NCBI GenBank assembly: GCA_937863565.1
Contig: CALMGJ010000012.1
Span: forward strand, 124,001 to 188,000
DNA length: 64,000 bases
Direction: 5' to 3'
Source of the DNA: an uncultured bacterium
Lineage (GTDB): Bacteria; AUK180
Shown here: positions 9,468-18,044 of the stretch, piece after piece
Layout of the letters: each line of letters opens with the position of its first letter
Position numbering within the stretch: position 1 is the stretch's first letter
Translations under genes and position numbers: made by a program
Notes under the pieces: generated by a model
Database searches by the model: none
What the model saw: the letters and a program-made list of their open reading frames with translations, nothing else
Told to the model about the DNA's origin: nothing

Positions 9468-9496
9468 AGGGGACGGTGTTATACTTATTATACTTA
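9468..9496 (+). repeat. GGGACGG-core repeat, divergent copy
   Basis: AGGGGACGGTG followed by tandem 9-mers TTATACTTA TTATACTTA. Confidence 0.6.
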
Positions 9497-9530
9497 TCCA
9501 GGTCATTTTACCGGCAACAAATGGTATATT

Positions 9531-9553
9531 AAGCCAATATGCTTGAAAAATCC
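9531..9553 (+). repeat. Repeated promoter module, copy 2 (truncated)
   Basis: AAGCCAATATGCTTGAAAAATCC identical to 5519-5541, then diverges. Confidence 0.75.
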
Positions 9554-9684
9554 TAAGAAGACTTTTTAATATTTGCATATGTGAAAGATATGGCTTTATA
9601 ATATATTTCTTAAGATGGTTTAGTTAAAACAAATAAGTGTTATTCAAAAAACATTAAATGTGAAAGAAATGGTATAATACAAAC

Positions 9685-10449
9685 ATGAGCATATTGATAA
9701 TTCCATGCTACATTAAAAATGCCTATGATGAAAAATGTATTCATAGATTACTTGAAAGTGTAACAAGACAAACAACCCCTTTTGAAAAAGTACTTGTAGT
9801 AGATGATGCCAGTAAATATGCTTATCCTATTTATCAGAAAGAAGTAGAAAAAATAACTATAGCCTCTAATTCTGGACCGGCAAGAGCAAGAAATATCGGG
9901 ATTGAGAAGGCAATCTCATTAAATATAAAGAATATTCTTTTTACAGATCATGACTGTGTTTTAGATGAGAATTGGAATAAAGAGATGTCCAATTGTTTAG
10001 ATAATAACAATTTCGGCGCTGTAGGTGGGATGACATATTCATTCGGAAAAACTATTTATGATAAGTATCACGATTTCAATGGAACTTTAAATGGAAAGTG
10101 GCTTCTACCAAAGAAGCAAGAGTTATGGTATATGCCATCTTTGAATTTTGGTATGAAATCTTATGTTGCAACAGAATTCATTTATGATGAAAAATTTCCT
10201 ACTGCCGCCGGAGAGGATGTTGATTTATGCTTGAGACTGCGAAGCAAATACAAGATAGGTTTTTGTCCCAAGGCTAAATTGTGGCATGATTATGGTTATA
10301 AGGGGCATTATAAGGATTTTAATAAATTCGTAAAACTTTTTATGAAATATAAAAGCTCCAGTGCCACTCTATATGAAGGACATACTGTATTATTGTGGGA
10401 TTCTTCAGAATCGATATATCCTGGAAATATGTATGAGTCTAATATATAA
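9685..10449 (+). CDS. Glycosyltransferase family 2 (GT-A)
   Basis: IIPCY, VVDDAS, GPARARNIG, FTDHDC (DxD), GEDVDLCLRL. Confidence 0.85.
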   Translation: MSILIIPCYIKNAYDEKCIHRLLESVTRQTTPFEKVLVVDDASKYAYPIYQKEVEKITIASNSGPARARNIGIEKAISLNIKNILFTDHDCVLDENWNKEMSNCLDNNNFGAVGGMTYSFGKTIYDKYHDFNGTLNGKWLLPKKQELWYMPSLNFGMKSYVATEFIYDEKFPTAAGEDVDLCLRLRSKYKIGFCPKAKLWHDYGYKGHYKDFNKFVKLFMKYKSSSATLYEGHTVLLWDSSESIYPGNMYESNI

Positions 10450-11449
10450 TATAAAATTTACTAAATCTTCATTTATTAATATATTCAATGACTATTATAG
10501 CGAAGTAAAACACTTCGCAAGAAGAATAAGGAACCCTCTTCTTAAAATATTGATGATCATACTTAAATCAATTGAATGGGGAATTTATCATTGGTATAAA
10601 TCATCGATTAGGCGATTTTATGGAGTAAGAGGAAATGAATTGATTTTCAATATTACTAAGAGATGTAACGAGAAATGTGCAAAATGTGGAATATGGAAAA
10701 ATCCTGAAAAAGATGATGAAAGACTAAGTATTGATGTATTTATCCAATGTTTAAATGCCCTCAAGAAAAACCTATATCAAGTAACTATTACTGGCGGAGA
10801 ACCGCTACTATTTAAGGATGAGATACTGAAAATTGCTAAAGAGGCAAGAGAAAACAACATCCCGGTTGTAACTGTTACAAATGGAGTATTATCAGATGAA
10901 ATATTCGTTCAAAAATATGGGGAAATGAAACATATATTAGTATTTTCGATTGATACGCTGAATAAAGAAAAATGGAAGATATTGCGAGGTACAGCATCAT
11001 ATAACATTGTGATGAATAACCTAAATATTGCGAAAAAAATTCTTGGTAAAAGATTGCAGATTCAGACAGTTTTAGCTAAAGAAAATAAAGACGATATTAA
11101 CGAAATTGTTACTTATTGCAAAAAGAATAATTTAAAACACACAATACAACCATATATGGATTTTGGAGGACATTTACATCCAGTAGAGAAATCAAGCAAT
11201 AATACATCAAATATGCCATGTGCAGCAAGAAAAAATATTGTCATTTTGCAAAATGGGGATGTAATAAAGTGCTTTGATCATTATCGTATTCCATATGCAA
11301 AACTCCCATTAGGTAATATTAAACATGAAGACATTATTACGATATTATGTAAAAGGCGCTCTATTGAAGTATCCAGAATAATGAAATACTGTAATCTGCC
11401 ATGTAAGAATCTTTCGTGTAACATTCCTGCGACAGAGTTCTATGATTAA
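10433..11449 (+). CDS. Radical SAM protein with SPASM/twitch-like C-terminus
   Basis: CNEKCAKC (CxxxCxxC), TGGEPLL, VTNG, FSIDT, and C-terminal C...GDVIKC...LGNI...CNLPCKNLSC. ATG 10433 preferred over GTG 10361. Confidence 0.85.
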   Translation: MSLIYNIKFTKSSFINIFNDYYSEVKHFARRIRNPLLKILMIILKSIEWGIYHWYKSSIRRFYGVRGNELIFNITKRCNEKCAKCGIWKNPEKDDERLSIDVFIQCLNALKKNLYQVTITGGEPLLFKDEILKIAKEARENNIPVVTVTNGVLSDEIFVQKYGEMKHILVFSIDTLNKEKWKILRGTASYNIVMNNLNIAKKILGKRLQIQTVLAKENKDDINEIVTYCKKNNLKHTIQPYMDFGGHLHPVEKSSNNTSNMPCAARKNIVILQNGDVIKCFDHYRIPYAKLPLGNIKHEDIITILCKRRSIEVSRIMKYCNLPCKNLSCNIPATEFYD

Positions 11450-11993
11450 TTATTCCCATAACGATATTATTTTGATAAGAGGCGCACCAACAGCCGGGAA
11501 AACACAGTTATCTAAAAATCTGATTAAATATTACGATAAAGGAGTACGAATTGAAATTGATACATTACGCGCAATGGTCATAAAGCCCAAATGGACTAAT
11601 CAAATAGAACATAAGAGAATATTAAATCTATCAATAAAATTAGTAGAAGGGTTTCTAATAATGCAATTTAGCCCCATAATAATTGTAGATACATTTAGTG
11701 GAAATAAACAGAATGGTTATATAAAATTGCTCAAAGAGAATATACCGGCTGTTCAAATATATAGAATCGGATTATTTGCGGATAAAGAAACAATAATTAA
11801 AAGAGTTGCTGAAAGAAATGTTGATGAGTTCAAAGATGTTGAATGTTGTATAAAATTAAATAATGAAATAATAAATTCTAAAGATGATAATGAATTAAAA
11901 TTAAATACCAGCAAATATTCAATATGCAAATCCTCCAAGATTATTTATGATTATATTGAAGAATCTAAGAAGAAAATATATAGAAGAAAGTAA
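11442..11993 (+). CDS. P-loop kinase-like protein (AAA_33/nucleotide-kinase fold)
   Basis: IILIRGAPTAGKT, IEIDTLR, IIVDT, lid-like IIKRVAER; 8-nt overlap with the rSAM gene. Confidence 0.75.
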   Translation: MINYSHNDIILIRGAPTAGKTQLSKNLIKYYDKGVRIEIDTLRAMVIKPKWTNQIEHKRILNLSIKLVEGFLIMQFSPIIIVDTFSGNKQNGYIKLLKENIPAVQIYRIGLFADKETIIKRVAERNVDEFKDVECCIKLNNEIINSKDDNELKLNTSKYSICKSSKIIYDYIEESKKKIYRRK

Positions 11994-12068
11994 ACACGGA
12001 TCTGAAAAACTGTAGCAGTATCTATTTCTTAAAATAGAATAGGCTTTACTGAATTAAGGGGTTATTAC

Positions 12069-12102
12069 GCCAATATACTTGAAAAATCCCCGTAAAAGTG
12101 CT
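12069..12102 (+). repeat. Repeated promoter module, copy 3
   Basis: GCCAATATACTTGAAAAATCCCCGTAAAAGTGCT, 33/34 identical to 5521-5554. Confidence 0.8.
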
Positions 12103-12218
12103 TAAATATTATCAAATGAAAAGGGTTGCTATTCAAAGTAGAATATTTTCTGAAAATCGAGGGTGGTACTTCAGAATTATAAAGAAATTATTGAAAAGGA
12201 AAAAATAAGGAGGCGAAT

Positions 12219-14039
12219 GTGGCGACACAATCAAGTAGCGCACAAAACCGAGTATTAGGAGATTGGTATAACATGATTAAACTTGGGCAAATTAAACTAC
12301 CTAGATTTCAAAGAATGGAAGCATGGGATAGAAATAGAATAAAAAATTTTATCGATACGATATTTAAAAACCTACCAGTTGGAGTAGCCCTTGTATATGA
12401 AAAGGGAGATAAAGACAATTTTATTAGTAGGTTTATTTCAACTGCAGAACCGGATACAACTGAAAGACATACGGAATATTTACTGGATGGTCAGCAACGA
12501 TTAACTGCTTTATGGAGGGTTCTTCACAATAATTATGAAAGTGAAAAATATTTTTTGTACCTGCCGGAATATGATAATTACGATGATGGAATAGAATATG
12601 AAGAAATGACAGTATATTGTCAGGCTCGGTGGTCAAAAAAAGAGAAACAATATCCTTTATGGGCTGATGATCCTGGAATTTGTTATAAAAAGGGACTAAT
12701 ACCAACCGAATTATTTAATCCGGAATTTGGCGAAGTTAAAACAAATGAATGGATCGACCTAGCGACGAGCAATCTTAAACCAATGAATAAAGCAGATCCG
12801 GATATTATTGATAAAATAGAAAAATACAACAGTGTTAAAACAGATCTTCAAAAAATTATTATGCAAACTAGAGAAAGCTTAAAGCATTTTAATTTGCCGT
12901 ATTTATCATTACCCGTATCAACACATAAAGAGATAGCCTTGCAGGTGTTTATCAATATGAATACAAACAGCAAACCACTTTCATTATATGATATCATTGT
13001 TGCCGAGGTTGAAGGAGAAAAAGGTGAATCTCTACATGAACTACAGGACACTTTGGATAGACGAAACGAAAATATAAAAAGATACTTTGATTTATCAAAT
13101 TTAATACTATCAACTTCTGCCTTATTACAAAATAAACTGCCCAATAATCGCGGAATGCTTGAAATGAATAAGGCCATAATGGTAGAAAAATGGGAGACGC
13201 TATGTATATGTTTAGAAAGAATGGCGGAATTTCTTGAACGGAACAGGATATATGATAAACAGAGACTTCCTACAAATGCTGTTTTGGGAGTAATTGCAGC
13301 GAGTTATTCCGAAATACCTGATACAGGAGATTTAAGAGGGAAGTGGGAACTTCTTTTAAAAAAATATTTGTGGTCTTCATTTTTTACAGATCGTTACGAG
13401 AATTCAGCAGCTTCGAAAGCATTTGTTGATTATCAAAATATTATAAATATTATTAAAGGAAATACTAAAGAAGATGGTTCTTTATATGAAGAGCAAGACG
13501 TTCCTGTATTAAATAGAAAAGAACATCCCCTTGCAGATGTAGAAGAACTATTGACTATTGGATGGCCAAAACAGGAAACAATTCGAGGCAGAGGTATCTT
13601 GGCAGTAGCGAATTACATGGGTGCACAAGATTTTGCCGATGGGCAACCCTTAAACCAGTATAATATTGATAAAAGAGAATACCATCATTTATATCCGGAT
13701 GCACTATTAAAAGAGGCAAAAATCGATAGCTATAAAGCCCTTAACTGCGCATTGATAACCTGGAAAACAAATAGAATAATTGGGCGAACTGATCCATTAA
13801 CATATATCAAAGAACGTTCTGAATGGACAGATGAAGCTATAGTGGAAAAAAGATTAAGAAGCCATATAATACCGGTGAAAGAGCTCAAAACAGGTGGTTA
13901 TGAAAATTATACTGGAGAAGATAAAATCAATAAGATAAAAGTCGATTACGAGAACTTTTTAAATCAAAGGGCTCAACGAATAGTTAAAGCGGCATACGCG
14001 TTAGCGAATGGAGAGGAAATTGACAATATATTTGAATAA
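12219..14039 (+). CDS. DUF262 / GmrSD-like type IV restriction protein with C-terminal HNH-like motif
   Basis: LPRFQRMEAW, LLDGQQRLTAL, FINMNTNSKPLS (DUF262); EYHHLYP...LNCALITWKTNRII; AGGAGG RBS before GTG. Confidence 0.85.
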   Translation: MATQSSSAQNRVLGDWYNMIKLGQIKLPRFQRMEAWDRNRIKNFIDTIFKNLPVGVALVYEKGDKDNFISRFISTAEPDTTERHTEYLLDGQQRLTALWRVLHNNYESEKYFLYLPEYDNYDDGIEYEEMTVYCQARWSKKEKQYPLWADDPGICYKKGLIPTELFNPEFGEVKTNEWIDLATSNLKPMNKADPDIIDKIEKYNSVKTDLQKIIMQTRESLKHFNLPYLSLPVSTHKEIALQVFINMNTNSKPLSLYDIIVAEVEGEKGESLHELQDTLDRRNENIKRYFDLSNLILSTSALLQNKLPNNRGMLEMNKAIMVEKWETLCICLERMAEFLERNRIYDKQRLPTNAVLGVIAASYSEIPDTGDLRGKWELLLKKYLWSSFFTDRYENSAASKAFVDYQNIINIIKGNTKEDGSLYEEQDVPVLNRKEHPLADVEELLTIGWPKQETIRGRGILAVANYMGAQDFADGQPLNQYNIDKREYHHLYPDALLKEAKIDSYKALNCALITWKTNRIIGRTDPLTYIKERSEWTDEAIVEKRLRSHIIPVKELKTGGYENYTGEDKINKIKVDYENFLNQRAQRIVKAAYALANGEEIDNIFE

Positions 14040-14119
14040 CCTATCTTTGAATGGTTAAATAATCCAATGGAGCGCAATATTAAAAAACCAATTCGCTTTC
14101 CACAAAAAGGAGAAGATCT

Positions 14120-15100
14120 ATGACATTACTAGAATTGGCCTATAAAGTTTTAAAGAAAACAAAGCGTCCGATGAACAATAGAGAGATATGGGAATATGGA
14201 AAACGGCATGGTTTTTTCAAAGAATCTGATTTTCAAGGACAAACACCTTGGAGTTCTCTCGGTGCTCAAATATATGTGAACATGAAAAATAATAAAGATT
14301 GTGTTTTTGCGATAACAGAAACACGCCCAAGAAGATTTTTATTAAAATCATGGGGAAATTATAAGAAAAGACCCGGTGATTCTCATAAAAATGATATTAA
14401 AAGAAATAAACACATCTCTCAACAGCAATTGGTAATGGAGTATGCGGAGAATCTTTCATCCGAACTATTTTATACCAACAAAGAGGTTATTCTGAATTTT
14501 ATAAAAGGAAAGCAGGGCATATACGCTCTATATCATGGGAATAGATTATTTTATGTCGGGTTGGCTTCCTATATGCACATCAGATTAAAACAGCATCTAA
14601 ATGATCGTCTTGCCGATAAGTGGGATAGATTCAGCATATATCTCACAAAAAATACCGAATACCTGAAAGAGATGGAATCTCTGGTTCTGAGGATAGCGCA
14701 TCCGGTAGGGAACAAGGCCGGCGGCAAATTCGTTGCGGCAAAACACTTAATGAGTGAGATCAAACAGTACTATTTCGAGCAAAAGACGAAAGAGGCACAC
14801 AAATTATTCGGGGATGCTTATTCTGAAAAAAAGAAAACGGATAAGAAAGTCAAACAAGAAGGAACATCAAAACTGACTATGACAAAAATCCCGATTAAAA
14901 TGACATATAAAGGTAATGTGCATCAAGGATATTATTTCCCGAGCGGACAAGTAAAGACACATAATACGATGTATAATTCACCAACCGCCGCTGCGCTATC
15001 TAATATGCCGGGCAGACCAGCTGTAAACGGCTGGATAAAATGGAAATATAAAGACCAATCCGGGAAATGGATCCTCCTTGATAATTTAAGAAAAAAATAA
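14120..15100 (+). CDS. HARE-HTH / GIY-YIG / RAMA-like nuclease
   Basis: N-terminal LAYKVLKK...GQTPWSSLGAQIY (HARE-HTH), central GIYALY...FYVGLA...RLKQH...KEMESL (GIY-YIG), C-terminal YNSPTAAA...VNGWIKWK (RAMA-like). Confidence 0.75.
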   Translation: MTLLELAYKVLKKTKRPMNNREIWEYGKRHGFFKESDFQGQTPWSSLGAQIYVNMKNNKDCVFAITETRPRRFLLKSWGNYKKRPGDSHKNDIKRNKHISQQQLVMEYAENLSSELFYTNKEVILNFIKGKQGIYALYHGNRLFYVGLASYMHIRLKQHLNDRLADKWDRFSIYLTKNTEYLKEMESLVLRIAHPVGNKAGGKFVAAKHLMSEIKQYYFEQKTKEAHKLFGDAYSEKKKTDKKVKQEGTSKLTMTKIPIKMTYKGNVHQGYYFPSGQVKTHNTMYNSPTAAALSNMPGRPAVNGWIKWKYKDQSGKWILLDNLRKK

Positions 15101-15103
15101 ATC

Positions 15104-15134
15104 AGGGACGGTGGTTGAAAAAGGTGAAATTTCC
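15104..15134 (+). repeat. GGGACGG-core repeat
   Basis: AGGGACGGTGGTTGAAAAAGGTGAAATTTCC, 3 nt after the stop of the GIY-YIG gene. Confidence 0.9.
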
Positions 15135-15182
15135 TGAAGGGTGGATCCGTACGAAATGAGTAATAATTTAAAGGAGAAATAA

Positions 15183-15509
15183 ATGATTGTAACAACAACG
15201 GAGACGGTAGAGGGCAAGAAGGTCGGCAGATATCTCGGACTGGTCCACGGAGAGACGATATACGGGATGAACATAATAAAGGATTTCTTCGCGTCCATTA
15301 CCGATGTTATCGGAGGAAGGGCCGGCGTATATGAAGACGGCTTGAGAAAGGCCAGGGATAACGCCCTTTCGGAGATGGAGGGCAATGCCGTGAAACTGGG
15401 CGCGGATGGGATCATCGGGTTGAAATACGACGCGGAAGTGATATCCTTTGCACAGGGCGGACATATGCTCATCTATACCGTCACCGGCACGGCGGTGAAA
15501 TTAAGTTAA
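15183..15509 (+). CDS. YbjQ / UPF0145 family protein
   Basis: MIVTTTETVEG...GLVHGETIYGMNIIKDFFASITDVIGGR...LGADGIIG...TGTAVKL. Confidence 0.9.
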   Translation: MIVTTTETVEGKKVGRYLGLVHGETIYGMNIIKDFFASITDVIGGRAGVYEDGLRKARDNALSEMEGNAVKLGADGIIGLKYDAEVISFAQGGHMLIYTVTGTAVKLS

Positions 15510-15510
15510 T

Positions 15511-15552
15511 AGGGGACGGTAATCGGGGACGGTCGTTGAAATTGTTAAGTAA
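15511..15552 (+). repeat. Tandem GGGACGG-core repeats
   Basis: AGGGGACGGT-AATC-GGGGACGGTC-GTTGAAATT-GTTAAGTAA, 1 nt after the YbjQ stop. Confidence 0.75.
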
Positions 15553-15844
15553 ATATGAGCAGATAAACAAGAATAAAAAGAGGATAATATCGGTATCGGA
15601 TCTTAGGGAATACGAATACTGCAGTATATCCTGGTGTACCACGAAAGGTCTTGGCGGTCACACTAAGAAAAATATTAGCGTAAAAGATAAGAAAGATCAT
15701 ATGAGAGATCTCAGTGTTTCCGATAAAATGAAGACAAGAGGGGATATTGGGCATTGGCTCTATGAGGTAAAAAGAATGTTGGCGATATTGTTTTTCCTGG
15801 CTATTATGGGCGGAATACTGTGGATATTATTGAAGGTCATCTGA
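15536..15844 (+). CDS. Cas4-like nuclease N-terminal half with C-terminal TM helix
   Basis: ISVSDLREYEYCSISW resembles the Cas4 motif carrying the first Fe-S Cys; RGDIGH; hydrophobic tail. TTG start is uncertain. Confidence 0.55.
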   Translation: MKLLSKYEQINKNKKRIISVSDLREYEYCSISWCTTKGLGGHTKKNISVKDKKDHMRDLSVSDKMKTRGDIGHWLYEVKRMLAILFFLAIMGGILWILLKVI

Positions 15845-16338
15845 AAGAGCTCATTATTTTGGGAATATGGCTGATCTCAATGATCATACTGTATATTGCC
15901 ATCTTCGGACAAAGGATATACGGACAATTCACAAAAGGATCATTGAAGTATGAGCGCGAGAACTGCATTATCTTCGGTAAACCGGACAGAATAGTGAAAA
16001 AAGGCGGGCAAACCGTGATATATGAATATAAAACAAGAAAAGCGCCACCCAAACCCTATGGTGATCATATAATGCAAATTGGAACTTATTTTCTGCTTTT
16101 CGAGAATACTTACCGGAAAAGGGCTGATTTCGGGATAATAAAATATAAAGACAGGGAGTTTAGGATAGAAAATTCCAGTGGACTTAGAGAACAGGTGCTG
16201 AATAAAATAGATCTATTCATTAAAGAGACGGAAGACCCCGAGAATATCTTAAGGAATCACAATAATTACGGCAAATGCCATAATTGCCAATACAAAGCCC
16301 TTTGTGCTTCATTTTTAGGTAAGAGGGACATTGATTGA
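15820..16338 (+). CDS. Solo Cas4-like PD-(D/E)XK nuclease with N-terminal TM helix
   Basis: GKPD...IYEYKT, HIMQIGTY (QxxxY) and C-terminal KCHNCQYKALC. Confidence 0.8.
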   Translation: MDIIEGHLKELIILGIWLISMIILYIAIFGQRIYGQFTKGSLKYERENCIIFGKPDRIVKKGGQTVIYEYKTRKAPPKPYGDHIMQIGTYFLLFENTYRKRADFGIIKYKDREFRIENSSGLREQVLNKIDLFIKETEDPENILRNHNNYGKCHNCQYKALCASFLGKRDID

Positions 16339-16358
16339 AATCGAGGGTGAGAAGAATC

Positions 16359-16370
16359 GGGACGGTTCTT
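16359..16370 (+). repeat. GGGACGG-core repeat, short variant
   Basis: GGGACGGTTCTT, 20 nt after the Cas4-like stop. Confidence 0.45.
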
Positions 16371-16446
16371 ATTTTCCGGCGGAAAAGTATAAAAAACCTT
16401 GATTTTGTTTCTAATATATGTTATAAATAACTAATAAGAGAAACAT

Positions 16447-17073
16447 ATGAGGTTTCTGGAGTTCAAAAAGAGACTTATTGACCTGCCCGTATTCGGCCTT
16501 TCCGATATAAGGAAGTCGGCACCCGATCTCGATCCCCGCCGTCTTTATGAATGGGGGAAGAAGAGATATATCATCAAGGTGCATAATGGGCATTATGTCT
16601 TTGCCGAGAAGATCGCGGAACCGGAGATGTTCTTTCTCATAGCGAACAAGATATACAGGCCGTCATATGTATCGCTTGAATCCGCCCTCAGCATATATGG
16701 TCTGATACCGGAACATCCGTATACCGTGACATCGGTGACGACGAGAAAGACCTCCGCTTTTGAAACGCGCGCGGGGAATTATTCATACAGAAAGATAAAG
16801 AAGGAATTGTTTTTCGGATATCAGGTAAAGAAGAACGGTCAGGGTGAATGGCTCCTTGCCTCGCCGGAAAAAGCATTGCTGGACTATATTTATCTGAATG
16901 CGAACATTGAAGATGCAGACGATATCGAGGGACTCAGGATCAATATGGATGAATTGCGTTCCCGCGTGAGCGCCGCGATACTCGGGAATTATACTTCGCT
17001 CATCGGCAATGAAAGAGTGTCAAGATGCGTGAAGATACTGATGAAGGAGGCCGGAAATGTTCGATTATCGTGA
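16447..17073 (+). CDS. abiEi: Type IV TA antitoxin, AbiEi-like
   Basis: wHTH-like N-terminus, PSYVSLESALSIYGLIPE, ASPEKALLD; overlaps the downstream AbiEii. Confidence 0.85.
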   Translation: MRFLEFKKRLIDLPVFGLSDIRKSAPDLDPRRLYEWGKKRYIIKVHNGHYVFAEKIAEPEMFFLIANKIYRPSYVSLESALSIYGLIPEHPYTVTSVTTRKTSAFETRAGNYSYRKIKKELFFGYQVKKNGQGEWLLASPEKALLDYIYLNANIEDADDIEGLRINMDELRSRVSAAILGNYTSLIGNERVSRCVKILMKEAGNVRLS

Positions 17074-17836
17074 GATAGCGAAATTCTACCCGGAGAAGGA
17101 GCGCATATTTAAAAGGCAGCTGCTACGGGAATATCTGCAGTATAAGATACTTGATATCATTTATGGCACTGAAGCGGGGCAGAAGGCGGTCTTCATCGGC
17201 GGCACTGCGATAAGGATAGCATACGGATCTCGCAGGTTCTCGGAGGATATTGATCTTGACGGCCGAAACCTTTCACTCGAAAAATTTAAGGAATTATCGG
17301 AAGTTGTGAAAAGAGAACTCGAATATGACGGTTATGCCGTAGAAATGAAAGTCGTTGCCAAAAACGCTTTCAGATGCTATCTCAAATTCCCGAGACTCCT
17401 TTACGATATGGAGATGTCCGGTTATGAGGAGGAGAAGATACTCATACAACTCGATTCCGAAGAACAGCCCTATGAATATGAACCGGAGGAATTCCTTCTG
17501 AATAAATTCGCCATCCTCTCAAAGATATTCGTGGCGCCTCCCGCTATCCTTCTTTCGCAGAAAATAGCGGCATTCCTCAAAAGAAAGCGGACGAAGGCGC
17601 GGGATATGTATGATATTGTGTATCTATATTCACTGACTACTCCCGATCAGGGGTATCTTGAAAGTGTTCTCGGTATCAAAGATAAGGACGCTTTAAGATC
17701 CGCGCTTTTAGAGAAATGCTCGGGGCTCGACCTTGATGCGATGAAAAAAGAAATAGAGGTGTTCCTTATTGAACCAAAGGATGCGAAGATGATAGGAATG
17801 TTCCCCGAATTCATGAAAAAGAAGTTGACGATCTAA
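17057..17836 (+). CDS. abiEii: Type IV TA toxin, AbiEii nucleotidyltransferase
   Basis: FIGGTAIRIAYGSRRFSEDIDLD, QKIAAF, KARDMYD. Confidence 0.9.
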   Translation: MFDYREIAKFYPEKERIFKRQLLREYLQYKILDIIYGTEAGQKAVFIGGTAIRIAYGSRRFSEDIDLDGRNLSLEKFKELSEVVKRELEYDGYAVEMKVVAKNAFRCYLKFPRLLYDMEMSGYEEEKILIQLDSEEQPYEYEPEEFLLNKFAILSKIFVAPPAILLSQKIAAFLKRKRTKARDMYDIVYLYSLTTPDQGYLESVLGIKDKDALRSALLEKCSGLDLDAMKKEIEVFLIEPKDAKMIGMFPEFMKKKLTI

Positions 17837-17837
17837 G

Positions 17838-17866
17838 AGGGGACGATGGTTGACAATGTTGACAAT
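17838..17866 (+). repeat. GGGACG-core repeat
   Basis: AGGGGACGATG-GTTGACAAT-GTTGACAAT, 1 nt after the AbiEii stop. Confidence 0.8.
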
Positions 17867-18044
17867 AATAAGCGGATAAATACATAAATATTCGGTGATA
17901 ATCAATTAAATTCAAAAATGGGGCATCGCGATCTTATGTAAAAAGCGTTTTACGGCATTTTCATAATTTCAACCGAAAGCGGAAGGATAAGATGCCTTTA
18001 CAAAAGAACGCGGCTGTGCTATAATGGACTAAAAGGAGTGAGCG

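Noticed and set aside
10433-11449. Prokaryotic viperin
   Set aside because: The motif context CNEKCAKCGIWK and the Cys-rich tail fit SPASM/twitch-type enzymes rather than viperin.
12117-12209. Short ORF MKRVAIQ... after promoter copy 3, reminiscent of a serine recombinase start
   Set aside because: It lacks the YxRVS catalytic motif and is too short to support.
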